DNA from: Diplonema japonicum
Taxonomy: Eukaryota; Protista; Euglenozoa: Diplonemea
Assembly (NCBI GenBank): GCA_964019335.1
Contig: OZ025654.1
Span: 248,001-312,000 of the forward strand
Length of the DNA stretch: 64,000 bases
Direction of reading: 5' to 3'
The position numbers and the translations under genes were made by a program. Positions 10,672 through 23,320 of this stretch are shown here, piece by piece; the first letter of the stretch is position 1; every line of letters starts with the position of its first letter. The notes beneath the pieces are model-generated. The model saw only the letters and a program-made list of their open reading frames with translations, ran no database searches and was not told where the DNA came from.

Positions 10672-11267
10672 GAGTTTCCCTTTCGCTTGTGTTTCTCCAA
10701 ACCACAATTACCAGGAACCACCACAGGGAGGTTGGAAACATTGGTCCCCAAAAAAAGAGGGGAAATGAAACAAGAATTGAGAATCTGGGGGAACGTGAGC
10801 ACCGGAAGTAGTACACGTCCGTTGCTCCTCTTATGCCAAGAAACAAATAGAATACTCGATTTTCTAACGTCAAGGTGACACAAGCCAAAAGAAAAAAAGA
10901 CAATTGGCAAGCTGCATTGGAAGAATTCGATAAAGTTTCAGTGTACAGGGCAGTGGTTGCTGTTAAGAGAAGTTAACAGCTAAGAAGGTGGTTTCGGGGA
11001 AAAGTTAAAGTTGTGACACGACCTCTTGTATAATATGAAAAGTCAGCCTTGGGACTCAATCTACTGAAGGCCCTGAAGTGATCTCAACATTCCGATTATC
11101 TTTACTGTCACCACAGGACAGTTCCTCAGAATTGTTCGCAGTTACAAGACTGGTGAGGAAGAAGGTGCACAAATGGAGGTTCCGTGTCTGCCTTCACAGC
11201 AGGACAAGTAGAATATTCATTGACTTGCACCCGTGCCACTTGGGCAACGAACATCTTAGAGATACTA

Positions 11268-11334
11268 TCTGCACACGTCATCATTGTCTGTACACGTCAT
11301 CATTGTCTGCGCACGTCATCATTGTCTGCACACG
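11268..11334. repeat. 19-bp tandem repeat, ~3.5 copies
   Basis: Unit CACGTCATCATTGTCTG(TA/CG/CA). Confidence 0.85.
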
Positions 11335-11550
11335 ATGAGTGTCGTCCATGCTTACAGAAGTAACCTGTGGCAATATGATGGAAGGTACTTGTCCAAAACT
11401 AATACTAGAGGAGGAAGGGAGCATAGATAGAATCGTTCCATGTGCAGTACGTTCCACGTCTTTGTGAAATCCGTACTTCTCGAGGGCTTCTTCACACGAT
11501 TCTCATTAAAGAAAAAAAAGATAATAGTAAGAGGGAGAAAGAGAAAATAA

Positions 11551-11620
11551 ATATGAGATCAAAGAGGTCTTTATGAAGGCCCCTTGTTCTCATCCACTAC
11601 CTGCACCTATCTCCCTCCTT
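11551..11620 (-). mobile_element. Short 3' tip of non-LTR family L2
   Basis: CCCTTGTTCTCATC..CTACCTGCACCTATC matches 23572-23602; ATATGAG...GGTCTTT terminus like 23321. Confidence 0.65.
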
Positions 11621-12036
11621 AAATAAGAATAGACATTTGCTTTCCCTTTGATGCACCTAACTCATGAGAGCGTCAGCGTACTTAGAGCCCTGCAAAGAAG
11701 GTGGCAACACGAGAAGCTTATTTTGAGGAACGGAGGTAACGAGAGGAGATTTACTTTTTATTCATTATGAATCATAATAATTATAATAAAATATGAAACT
11801 CTTGTATAAAAAAAAGAGACAGAAAAAAAAAAAGAGGGATGCCCATTCCCCCCCCCCTTGTTGAAGTGCATCTCAGAAAGAGGTTCAACAAGTGACAATA
11901 AAAAAAAAGAAGTCAAGGAAAAAGGTAAGGAAAAGGATTGGAGACCTTTTAAAAAAAAGAAGAAACCTCATTTTTAAAAAAGGTTCTTATTTCTTTTCTT
12001 TTATGGCAAAAAAGCAGAGCCTTCTATTAAAAAAAA

Positions 12037-12140
12037 GAGTCGGTTGATTGTTGCTTGTGCACAGCCGGGGTTAATCTGTAGAAGGATAAGCCCAACAATG
12101 CTACCATTACTCTTTAGAATAACAATTCGTCATCAATATT
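12037..12140 (-). repeat. Dispersed repeat family E (also 6068-6096, 25999-26080, 54888-54945)
   Basis: TTAA(T/C)CTGTAGAAGGATAAGCCCAACAATGC core; three copies end in CCGACTC plus a T-run on the minus strand. Confidence 0.75.
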
Positions 12141-12441
12141 GTATGTCTTCTATAAAAGAAAAAGAAGAAAACAGAAAAAGGAATGTAATAAAGAAATTAT
12201 GAGGAAAGAGTATCCCCAGTACAAATATAAAAAAAAGGTAAAGTGTGAAAAGAAAATAGGGTAAAAGGGGGTGGGAGGAGAACAGGAGATTGTACACCTT
12301 GGTTTGTCAGAGCCGGGGTCCTTGTGATCGAACCAGTGCAAAAAAAGAAGTAAATAAAAAGAAGGGAGGAAAAGAATTAAACTTTTCAAATTAAGACAAA
12401 CAACCCCTTGCCGGGGTATTAAAAAAAAAAGAATTCCTCTA

Positions 12442-14133
12442 TCAAAAGTTGTTGGGTGCAGCGAAGCATGCGCACGGTTTCTGTCCACCGCCGCCACCGG
12501 GAGGAGATACCACAGGGCCGGTGAACTTCGGGCACATAGCAGAATCGACGCACGCGGAGAGGTGGTGCGAGTAGCGGCATTGAAGCGCGGATGCTTCACA
12601 TGAAGCCTTGTCTTGCCCGTAAGCAGAGCACCGCTGGTTTGAAGAGTGCACAAAAACCGCAAAGTGAAGAAGCTTCCTTGCAAGAGGAACCACCACCGGC
12701 TCTGCCCCAGCCGCGAGCTCCATCTTGTAGATGGCAGTCGGCAGCCCACTTCCTGTAGCTGGCGCACCGGCGAACGTGGGGACATACCTCGGCCCACAGC
12801 TCCCCGCCTCGAAGCCCCTGTCCAGCAACCCACCAGGAAGGCCCCCGTTCAGCGCGGTGCTGCAAGGAAGGCAGTTGTGGATCACTACATAGAACGTGCA
12901 CGGCGGTGAACTGCTCCCCGCTGCTGGGCAGGCAAGCCTCAAGGACATCCCTGGCTTCCCATACGCCCCCATGTGCACGGTCGACCCCTCCAGCCACCTC
13001 GGGATGTTTACCCACCTCTGCCCGCTCACGCTGTCACCAATGTTCCCGCCAATGCCAACATCAGCAGTCACAGGCTTGGGACCACCCACCAGTGTCACCA
13101 TCATGAGGACCGGGAGTCTGAAGATGTCAACAGAATCAAAGTTTCCAGTTAAGAGATGCCCATCCTTCACAAGCAGCCCGAAGCTGTTCAAGGATTCTTC
13201 TCGTGATACAAGTGTGAAGGTGTTCGGGGTCTGCTCCTCCAGCTCAATGAGACCCTTTGTGTTGCATGCAAGGTATATCTTGCCTTCGTAGATCTCGATA
13301 TCGTAACAACGGGTGAAGTCCCTGGCCCCTCCATTGAGGGGCGAGGGGAGCGTGAGTGCCTCCAGCGCACCTGTCGTCAGATCCATCTTCAGAAGCGGTG
13401 CAAAGTCGGTCAGATCGTCCACCGCGGCATACATGAACCCGTTGTGCTGAACCCCCATGAGGTGTACGAAGCCATGCATGTTGAGGTTTGGTAGGTATCG
13501 CTCCAGAACCAAGTTGCTGGGGTCCGTGGAGTCCACAACCGCAGCAGTGGTCCCCGACAAGAACACGTACACCTTCCCGTCCGCAATGTGAAGCCCTCTG
13601 TACTCGAGGTTAGTGTGCTGGGAGTCGGGAATGTTTACCGACCCGACCGAAATCATGGAACCCACTGTGGTGGACAGAGCGAACAGGCGGTGTATGTCAG
13701 TTGTTGGGTCGAAGCAGGTGATGAAAATATGGCCGTGGATCTCGCTGGACTGCTTCATTGCACGGAAATGCGTCTTTTTGCAGCCGGAGGGAAACGTGAA
13801 CGTGGTAAGCAGTGCAGGGTTCAGGGGGTCGGCAAGGCTGTGCGCCTGGACCCCGTCTGGGTAAGACACGTACAGTGCCCCGTCCACAATCTCCATCGCT
13901 AGACAGCCTCCGGGAGGGCACCCGAATGCCTTTGCGTCTATTGGATTGGACACATCGCTGACATCGATGATTTGGATATTTCCACTCGACAAGTAGTACA
14001 TATGGTTTTCGTGGATTGCGACACCCAACGCTCCTCCTGGTAGTCCATGCGTGACTGACCCCACCTTGACCAGTGCCGTTGCCACCCCGACAAGCTGCAA
14101 CAGTAGAAGGGGAAGGAGCAGTGTCGGTTTCAT
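12442..14133 (-). CDS. Secreted LVIVD-repeat beta-propeller protein with a Cys-rich C-terminal domain (563 aa)
   Basis: Signal peptide MKPTLLLPLLLLQLVGVATA; IQIIDVSDVSNP, HSLADPLNP and VVDSTDPSNL repeats; no TM helix. Confidence 0.88.
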   Translation of the reverse strand: MKPTLLLPLLLLQLVGVATALVKVGSVTHGLPGGALGVAIHENHMYYLSSGNIQIIDVSDVSNPIDAKAFGCPPGGCLAMEIVDGALYVSYPDGVQAHSLADPLNPALLTTFTFPSGCKKTHFRAMKQSSEIHGHIFITCFDPTTDIHRLFALSTTVGSMISVGSVNIPDSQHTNLEYRGLHIADGKVYVFLSGTTAAVVDSTDPSNLVLERYLPNLNMHGFVHLMGVQHNGFMYAAVDDLTDFAPLLKMDLTTGALEALTLPSPLNGGARDFTRCYDIEIYEGKIYLACNTKGLIELEEQTPNTFTLVSREESLNSFGLLVKDGHLLTGNFDSVDIFRLPVLMMVTLVGGPKPVTADVGIGGNIGDSVSGQRWVNIPRWLEGSTVHMGAYGKPGMSLRLACPAAGSSSPPCTFYVVIHNCLPCSTALNGGLPGGLLDRGFEAGSCGPRYVPTFAGAPATGSGLPTAIYKMELAAGAEPVVVPLARKLLHFAVFVHSSNQRCSAYGQDKASCEASALQCRYSHHLSACVDSAMCPKFTGPVVSPPGGGGGQKPCACFAAPNNF

Positions 14134-16175
14134 TATTCTTCTTTTTTCTTTTGTGGAGAATCTGGAAAGGAAATAATCCCTTCATCGAAAGAATAAACAA
14201 GAATGTCTTTAGTTGCTTCTAAAAGAATCGTCTGCCATATTACTTATCCCTTCACTTGAACCATTTCCCATTTTCTTTTATTTCGTTTTGAAATAGCCAA
14301 AGGAAATAGCGTGGAATGAAACAAGATTTAGTAGAAGAAAAAAAGGAACAACTATGATGAAAGGTGCTGAAACAAAAAAAAAAAAAGGGAAGAGGAAAGA
14401 AGAAGGAAAACACCAACCCGAGAGCACAGTGGTGTGTGCTCAAAAGGGGAGCAAGGCCCCCTAAACACACACTGAAACAAAGGGGCCATGTGTTACAAGG
14501 TCTAATATATGTATTTGTCACGAACTCAAATTTCCCATAAACGACCAAAAAAAAGGTGCTGATTTCTTTCTGCATATCTTCTTTTCTTAGGAAACCGGTG
14601 GTCCTGACGAATACCGTATAATATAATTGACCATTAAAAAAAAAAAAAAAAAAAAAGACTTCGTAGCTAATTCACCACGAATATAATAATATTACCTTCC
14701 TGGCGAACATTTGCGTGAACTGCGCACTGTAAAAGGCACTGCTCACCTGTGGGAAGCAGCCGAGGTACAATGTCACCACTTCTTTAAAATTCTAACTATT
14801 ACAACAAAACAGAAAAGAAAAAGAAAGAGGGAAGAAGAAGGGGGGAGAGAGAGAGAAAGGAAGAGAAAGAAGAAAACAACTCTTTGCGTGTATTTTCTTC
14901 ATTTTCTATAATATATTATTCTTGTTTCCTTCTTTTTCTTTTCCTTTGATGTTACTTCGTTTTTCTAGAAGAATTTCACCTCTGACGTGGGAGTACGTAC
15001 GACCCCGGCAGTCCCTATTGATCGCTGGGTGAAGGTCCAAGGAAGATAGCCGAAGCTAACTAACTTGGGATCCGACACTTGAATTACTCCTTCCCGGGTT
15101 AAAAACCAACAAAAAGAACCGAGAGAATCGATCCCTTGTTATTACATGCTTAATCATTCACATTGGTTTGTTTCATCAAAAAAAAGAATGAAAGATGCTT
15201 AAGAAGAACAAAAAAAGGGAGAAACAAAAAGCAAACAAAAGTGTTCTACAAACCTTCATCATGCGATTCGATTCATCAGCGCAGTACGAGGCTGGGGCCG
15301 TGGAGTACCCGAACTTCTAGGTCAAGGTGATACAAGTTAGTCGGCTCCAAACATAAAATGTGATCCATAATAAAAGAAAAGATATTTTCTAAAAGAACTT
15401 CACTAAGGTGGTTGGAGCAACAAGCGCGGTGCGGCGACCACCGTAGTGCCTAGCTGACGGTTATATCTTCCAAAAAAAAAAAAAAAGAAAGAAAGAAAAG
15501 CTGTCTCGACTTTACAAGAGGGAAACTATATATATGAGCAAATTGTCAACACCTTTTTTGGCAGTTCAAAAATTTATTGTTTGATTATTTGAGCAAAAGG
15601 GCAGCATGCATAGGAAGATGATATGGTGTACCTGTTGCCATTGATGCTTGTTTTGCCATGAGGGTGGCAGGCTTTGCAACCGGTTGCCCCCGGAAAGCGA
15701 AAAACAGAGGTCCGAAAAAATGGCGAAAAATGTTTAAAATGCAAATTTAAAGCTTGGAATACAGCACCTAGGATGCATTAAAGTGGTGCCATTCCAAAAA
15801 GCATGTTTTTGCACGCGTGTTTTAAAAATGAAACAAACGGTGCGTATTGTGGTGACCTATTGTTGTACTCAGAAGCCTTTCCGAGGGTTTTTCGTTGCAA
15901 AAGAAGGTCATTTGTTGACATTTTCTTCCGGACAGACTCATATAATAGTTACCAAATAAGTCTATCGACTTCTTGTGCCCATCACCAGAGAATTTAACGA
16001 ATAAAGGAAAAAGAAGAAGAAAGAAAAGAAGGTTAAACGAACTGAACGAAAAGAAAAAAAAGAGAGAGGGACAAAAAAGGGAGAGAGAGAGAGACTACTA
16101 AAAGGTAAAGAAAAAAAACCATTATAAATGAAGTGCATCCTTTCACGGCGCATAGCGTTTAAAAAAAAAGAAAAA

Positions 16176-16227
16176 GGCGATTTCTAAGGGCAAACCCCAC
16201 TTGAGGACCACCCTTAGGTCTATCTTC
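16176..16227 (-). mobile_element. 3' tip of non-LTR family L1
   Basis: GGCGATTTCTAAGGGCAAACCCCACTTGAGGACCACCCTTAGG matches 1120-1162; A-runs on both flanks (plus strand). Confidence 0.75.
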
Positions 16228-17009
16228 AAAAAAAAAAAACGTAAACAGGTGACAATTCGTTCTCTAATTGATTGAGTTTTCTGAGAAAACTGCTAACTTG
16301 ACCCCTAAGCTTGGAGGGGGACTTTTGAGTATTTCGAAAACCTGAGGGTCAAGTCAAGTAGCAATTTATACTTTTCTTTCGAGGTTCTTTTTAAAAAGTC
16401 TCATCATAGATCCAACGAGCTGCCAGCAAATGGCAGGCCACAACTCATAAAGCATGCGCTGGACCTAGTAGCGACTCGTAGTGATTAATCATTCTTCCAA
16501 ATTATTGTAGTAATGATAGAGGGGAGGGGAGAGGGGGGGGGGGGGTGAAAGCATTGACCCACTCCTACTATAATCATACTATTTACTTAAAACATCCACA
16601 AGCAAGGAAGGTAGTGTTTTAAGTATGAAGGCAGTGGAAAGGGATAGACCGGCAGGCCCAGGTGACCGAGGGCGGGAACTCAAGCTGGAACAGAAGAAAC
16701 AAAGAATTGTTGCCAAAAAAAAGAAAGTTCGTTAGCAAAAGACTGTAGCTGTTAAAAAGCAAAAGGAAATAACATATAACGTTGAATCGTTCGAAAAGAG
16801 TAACAAAGGAACTGGAGGAGAGGGGAGGAGGGGAGGGGAGGGGAGGAAAAGGGGGGAAAGGTAATTAATTCACAACGAATAATGAACTATGTGAGGCCGC
16901 GATAGGTTCTTTTCTTTTTTAAAAGAGAGGCGTCAGCTTCACTAACGTGGATATGGTTTAGTGACCGAAGTAGAAAACAAAACTGTAGTAAATTAAAAAA
17001 AGGGGGAGG

Positions 17010-20000
17010 TTACAAATGTGCGCTTCCAATGGGGAGCTTCGTGAATGAGACCCTCACGCGGTGTGTGTTGAAGTAAGCATCAGCCTCCAATAGCATTCGG
17101 TGCACCGCCTGTAGTGGTGGAGGAGGAAGAAGAAACAAAACATACTCGTAACGTGTCGTCATCAGGGCTGCTCTCAGTCATGGCCTGCAGTGTGGCCAGG
17201 CCATCTTCCTTTCCGGCCAGAGCCTTGTAATAAGCCTCGCTGTAAGCTGCAGTGGTGTTGCCCTTCTGCTCCACGTCCCACCCGTCTTCTAGATACGTTA
17301 GAAACTTCTCGGTATTCAACTCGTAAAGCCGGAGCACCTTCTCCGTGGCCGTGTCTTGCCAGCTGTCCACAATGCGAACGAAGGCTCCCACATTAGGGCT
17401 TGATGCAGCGCACCCGTCGTCCGTGCAGTCGGCGAACACTGCGAACGTGTTGAAGGTCACCGTGTGTGCGGCTGCTGCCTCTGCCGCGAGTAGCGGGGTA
17501 CCGAAAATGTTCTGATACCTGTTCATCTGCGTCCCAACGTTCCCATGCGTCAGCTCACCAGTGGCCACCCCCACGCGGAGCACGCCCCCAGCACGTCTCT
17601 CTAGCTCCGCCGTGAACCTCATCGCTGCCGTTGTGTGCAGTCTGCATGCCTTCGAGGTGTTCCACGTGACAGTGATGGTGCCCCCTGTGATGCCCCCTAC
17701 GATGCCCTCTGTCTGTGAGGCCACCTCACATACAGCACGGATCATCAGGTTGCAGCTCTCGAACACCTTGGTGCAGTTCGTGTCCAGCATGCTGCACGCG
17801 GCCACCGTTGCCATGTCATTGACTAGCGACAGCTGCGTCCTCTTCACGCGGGGACCCACAGACAGCCCCTTCAGCGACGACGAAGTTGGCGATGTGATAC
17901 TCACCTCTACGTCGGGTTCTGTGGCCGTAAGCCGCTCCTGCAGGGATGCCTGCGTGACTAGGGTTAGTTGGTGCTCCCCCAGCCCCTTGAGCTCGTGTCT
18001 GCCGTGGGAGGACATGACGTTGTTCGTACGCCCGAGACGCTGCGCCACCTCTTCCGTGATGCATACAGTCCCGGCATTTGCCTTGGCTTCAACCCTTGAG
18101 GCTTTGTTCACTGTTGTCCCCCTGTAGTCTGACCGTCCCGTCAGAGGGTTCTCCTCCAATATTGCAGGCCCATAGTGGAGCCCCATCCTCACGCGGATAC
18201 CATTCCACACTGTGACAGATGTGTCCATCTTGCCAGCAATGGGTGGAAGTTCTAGCTCCTCGGGCCATACCTCTAGCAATAAGTCGCCCTGCACCCCTAA
18301 GCAGAAGTTCATAGCTGCCTCCGGCGAAGTGAAGGCGACCATGAAGGCATCCCCAATGGTCTTCACCTCGTAGCCCTCTTCCTTTTGGCACCATGCCCGC
18401 ATTACCCTGTTGTGTATCTCGAGTGCCTTGTCCATCCCAATTGGCGCCTTGCTCCACAGGGCCGTCGAGCCTACGATGTCAGTGAACACGAAAGCTACGT
18501 CGCCCTCTGGCGGCTGTACCTGTGAGATGCTCGACCCGCTGCGCAGGATGGCAGCAGGCACGTAGGCCCTGTACTCTTGGAGGTTCTGAACCATCTTTGT
18601 AAACGACTTTTGTATTTCGTATATTTCATAGAGCATGCTGAGCTGCTGGACACTCCCGCCTGTCAGGTCCATCTCGGCAACATCTTTCATCTTCTCCTGC
18701 AAGGCTTTCACAGGCCGTGTGATGAGTGCCGACACTACGACGCTAATGCCAAACAGCATTGCTGTAATAAAACTCGAGATGAGTAGGATGGTCGTCCTGC
18801 TGTCGTCTACCTGCGACGAGGCATGGTCCTTGGCTTTGACACGTGCTGCGTATGTTTCTGCCGAGGCAACCTCTGCTTCTGCAAGAAGCTCTCTCTGTTG
18901 CACACTGCCAACGATGTACCACGAGATGCCTATCGCAGGTTTTGAGTCCTTGACCATCACGTAGTAGGGCACGCCTTCGATGGCCACAGGGGCAACCCCG
19001 CTGGCCCCCGTGTCGCGAACTGCTACATAGCCACCGTAGTCGTGCACGGCACGCACTGTGGCAGCTGTCTGGTTGTCATCAGCATCCACGTCCCTACAGG
19101 GCAGCTCGACGGAACCTTCAAGACGATAAGGCTGCCCGTGCGACACAGCAATGAGGATGCCTGTGTCGTTGTGGAACTCGGCGAGGTCGGGGTGCGGGGG
19201 AACCATCTCCATATAGGCATCCGTGATCCAACTCTCAGCTACCACGATGAAGTACCGGCCGCTCTTGCCACCGCCAATAGCTTGAAGAAGGTACCCTGAC
19301 AAGGTGCGGAGGGAGAGCGCAAGATGTATACCCATGAGGTTCTTCGAAGTGGGGTCCATGAAATGAAACAGCTGATAGAGCACCAGACGCCCACCGATGG
19401 TGACAAGCGAGTTCCAAGTTATCTCGTCAAGAGGGGAGATCCCGTCTAGATACAACATTGTTTCGGGGTTATGCCAACCGGGACCCAGCACAATGGTACG
19501 GGCGGCCCCTTCAGGCTGGAGTGTTGACCTGTTGACGTCACGGGTAGTGGAGTGCGTCAGGTTGTTTCCGGTGGTGTTGGTGCCGTCGTTGGTGAAGACT
19601 TCCATTTGTTGAGTGTGCTCTTGGAGGGAGTAGCCGTAGAGGTGCTTTCCTGCGGAGTTCATGAGAACACTGACGAGGCCATACTCCTTGACGAGGAGGG
19701 GGATCAGGAGGCTTGACTTAGCTGACTGAAGCCATGAAAAAGTTGAAATGTCTGTGTTGGGATAGTCGTGGATAGCGTGGACGTGAAGACGGTTGTTTTC
19801 GGCCTCAAACACCTTGAACTGGTCTGTGATGCGCCCTGTTATCAGCTGTGTTGTGGAGGAGAGCCCATCCATCGCCATAGCCGCCGTTACCGTCATGCTG
19901 TTCTCGATGCATCTCTCGAAGGCTTTGTCGCCTGCGTCGTTGGCTGTCTCGAGTGCATTGTCGCACGTCTTCAGCGAGGCAACACTCGTCCCTGCCATCC

Positions 20001-20118
20001 CTGCCGCTGTAACGAGACACAGTCCCCACATGATCGCTCTGATGGACAAAACCTTCGTGGTCGCTTCCCCTTTTTCTTTTCCTTCCCCACTGCTCAGTGC
20101 ATAGGGGTGCGTCCGCAT
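17010..20118 (-). CDS. Receptor-type adenylyl cyclase: TM-sensor-TM, HAMP, active class III cyclase, degenerate second cyclase domain; 2 exons
   Basis: VFTDIVGST, EVKTIGDAFM, RVRMGLHYG, DYRGTTVNKASR: both metal-binding Asp, the ATP-specifying K/D and N...R are intact. Predicted 37-nt intron 17109-17145 (GTATGT...TACAG) gives the C-terminus DDTLR|AVHRMLLEADAYFNTHRVRVSFTKLPIGSAHL* ending at 17010. Confidence 0.92.
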
Positions 20119-20741
20119 TTCTTTTTTTCTCTTTTTTCTGTTAATTCTATTCGACTTTATTCATGCTAAACCGATAAGGTTCGAAGGGGGAGGGGGAAGA
20201 ATTGGGTTCCGAGAGCGTTCGGCCTTTAGCCATCGTCTTTTTTTTCAGCTTCTTAGGCTTACGCTACACAAGATGTCGACTTCGTAACGGAAGCAGTGGC
20301 AGCAAGTGGTGGGCAACTATCCGTTTCGCAAAAACGCAAAGGACTTCAGCATATTATCGGCTTTTACAGCAAAAAAAAGAAAGAAAGAAAGGAGAAAAAG
20401 GGGGAGGTGGTGAGAGGAAAAATAAGAAAGAAAAGACTGGGATCATTCCGTATCTTTTTCTTTTTTTCGAATTTTCTTTTCCCCAAGAATTCCCCCCCTC
20501 CGTCTTTTTTGCTCCGTCTTTGCTCCGTCTTTTTTTGTTTTTTTTTTGGTTGGGAGGGAAAAAATAAAACACTGGGAAATTGAGAACAAGGGGGGGGGGG
20601 GGGGGGGGGGGGGGGCTTGGGAGTCACAAACCAGTAATCAAAGAAAAAAAGTGCATGGGAGCTGGGTGAAAAGAAAAACAAGGTGCGGGGGAGGTCGAGA
20701 GGGCAAACCCACTGGTTTTTTGTATTTCAGAAAAAAAGAAA

Positions 20742-21765
20742 GAGATGAGATAAAGGAGGTTCCTGTTTTGGAACGTCCCCCTTGTCTCTACTTATCTACC
20801 CCTTTCTCCCTTCTGGGGCCTCGGCCTTTCTTTCTTTTTTGGCTGTGTTGCCTTTCTCAAAGTATCCTCTCTTTCTTCTTGCCACTTTCTGCCCAGTTTC
20901 TTAAGGTCCTTCTTGGTTTTCTCTGATGCAAAAACTGACCTTCAGTTCCATCCCAGACTCTTCTTCGCACCTATGGTTCTAAGCGTGTGGTTCTTCTGGC
21001 TCTCCGCTGGGAAGATCCGCTTGCCTCTGACCTTCTTCTGTATGCGTGCTGTGTCCCACCCTTCTTGGATTCTTTCCAGGAGGCCGTGGAAACTCCGTGC
21101 TTTCTTCTGTATCATGTCTAGATCACCCTTCTTCCCTGTGATTCATGATGATGGAGATCGGGCACCCTTGCAGGATTCCGTTTGTGGTTGTGAACTCCTC
21201 GCCTACTCCTGTCGCGTATCTGAATCTCCTTCTGAGACCCTTGTACATCCCTTCTAACGCTCTCAGGATACCTTTGTCCATTCCCATCCGTTCCATCAGC
21301 TTCAATATCCTGCCGTGGCCTGTTCCTCGGGTTCCATTGACATCCTCACCCCAGACGGGGATCTCCGTGGCCCTACGTGCACCCGTCAGGCCCGCCTTGC
21401 CGAGAAAAGCCATCACACTCTTTCTCGGGTCTTCCTTCGCCGCTTTCCATGCCTCGTCTCCTGCCGCCCACTCAGCCATGATGGCCCTGCAGGCGACCTC
21501 CTCCTTTGTGCCCCCCTTCACCGGCGCCTTCTTCCTTTCCCCTCCTTTCCCGCTGGCCGCCTCCCTTGGCGCCACCAGCCGCTGCACCGTCACCGTCCCG
21601 CCACTCACCTTCTTCCCCACCCACTCCGCCCAGTTTGGGCCCTGCCCGTCCCGGCGCGTCTGCACCGAGCTTTGCTCGGTCCCAGGGGCACCGCTTGGAG
21701 GTGCGCCGGGTTTGCTTGCTGATTGCTCTGATTGATGTTCGCTCATGTTAGTTCCGCCCCCTGGG
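20742..21765 (-). mobile_element. Internally deleted non-LTR retrotransposon (family L2) with N-terminus, RT fragment, C-terminal domain and 3' UTR
   Basis: ORF 21123-21746 contains the RT motif LEGMYKGLRRRF...TNGILQGCPIS; then IFPAESQKNHTLRTIGAKKSLGWN*RSVFAS...PQKGEKG*; 3' UTR ends CTCCTTTATCTCATCTC plus a T-rich run. Confidence 0.85.
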
Positions 21766-21777
21766 AAAGAAAAAAAA

Positions 21778-22183
21778 CTATTCTTTTAAGGTATGCGCTC
21801 ACCGGCCGAGCTGCGCTTAGTCCCGTTCTGGGGGCTCTGGCGGGTTCCTACCGGTAGTCATACTGCGGGGCAGCCTTGTCGGAGTCTGCGACAGGTACCT
21901 ATCCCGCAAGCCTTCGATGCTACTCATGGTTCGTTCCGGGAGTACTGGCCTCCTGTCATACCCGTGTGTGGTCGGTCCTCCTATACAGCGTAGGGAGTTG
22001 ACGCGCTCCACTCGCGCCGCTGGGAACGCTACCCCTCTGCCATCAGCGTGGTACAGGTCCTGGACACGTCTCAGCACATACCGTAGCCTCCTTGCCTTGA
22101 CGCCCAGGTCCTCCACCTTACCCCCTTCCCCGCCGTCGTCCAGCGGCAGCTCCATCTCCCGCTCGAAGTCGAGGGCAAGCTCT
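21778..22183 (-). mobile_element. 5'-truncated non-LTR retrotransposon C-terminus (family L3)
   Basis: ELALDFE...KARRLR...AFPAARVERVNSLRCIGG...GYDRRPVL aligns with ELAIDFE...RARRIK...PFPADEQKRVKSLIAIGG...GFSRRPIF (53633); T-runs at both ends on the minus strand. Confidence 0.8.
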
Positions 22184-23320
22184 AAAGAAAAAAAGAAAAA
22201 AAAGGAACTACTTTGGTATGCGTTCTTGTGTCAATGGCAACAGCGGTGGCCGAAGCCACACAGGGGTTCTGCCCGTGAGAACTGTTCCCCCCCGATGCTA
22301 CCCGAGGTAGAAGGTTTTAAATTAACGCGTGAAAATTAAAAGAAAATCAGTCGATTAATAGGGGGGGGGGGGGGGGGGAGGGCGTGGTGGCTATAAAAAT
22401 GAATAAGAACTTGTGTTTTTTTGTGCTGAGTAATCAGAAAAATCTTTCCTGCGGGTTTTCTTTTCTTTTTTTTTTTTTTTTAACCCTTTCTTTTCTTTCT
22501 TTTTCTTCTTCTTTTACTCGAGCGGAAAAAAAAAAAAAACCAAAGCGAACAAGTTCTTACCATATTATTTTATTACTCTTATTTGTAGTGGTCAAAAAAA
22601 AAAAACTTCATTTCTTTCCCTTAAGAAAAAAAGTTACGGTTTACAAAGACTTCATAGGGCTAACTTACCAGGGTTATACCCTACAACTTACTACTGCAAA
22701 ACCCAGAAACATGCGCCCCCCTACTTTTATTTCAGGCTACAAGGGGGGGACCTGAGTTTGCAGTTTTCGTCTTTTTATTAATTCTAATGGGTGGCATAGA
22801 TAGATATAGAAATAGTAAAGAAGGTGCCTAAAAAAAAACAGCGCACCTATCGAAGAAAGTTAGTTCTACATCCCAATGTGCATTGGGAGGCAAAAAAAAG
22901 TGGCTATGGCCTGACTTTGTCAAGTACACTTTTTGCTGTGATTCCTCCTCGGTGGCCCTGACTAAGAGGCATAAAATAAGTAGTTTAAAACTTGTCCAAA
23001 GCAGGATGAACTTGGCTTTTTACGGACCATTAAAAGTAAAAAGACTAACCAGAAAGGGTGGGTGGGGCTGATGGAGGAAGTAACAGCTAATGCCCTGTCA
23101 TGTCGATCTGCGTACTTCGGGGAGGGGAGAAAAAGAAAACCTAATAAAGTGGAAATCACTGTTGCTCTTGAATAAAAAAAAAAAAACCCCTTTTGAAAGG
23201 TTTTGCGTTTTTCTTTTTTTTCTTTTTGCGCTCGCCGCCTAAAAAAGAGACATTTGAGGAATATGGACCCTATTTATTTGGCTAAACTTGTATAGATGTG
23301 GTGGGGGAAAAGAAAAAAAA

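Noticed and set aside
11268-11334. Short direct repeats as a possible CRISPR array
   Set aside because: The repeats are contiguous with no spacers; eukaryotic context and no cas genes
17080-17145. ORF-track C-terminus VCFVSSSSSTTTGGAPNAIGG of the cyclase
   Set aside because: Reads through a probable 37-nt GT-AG intron
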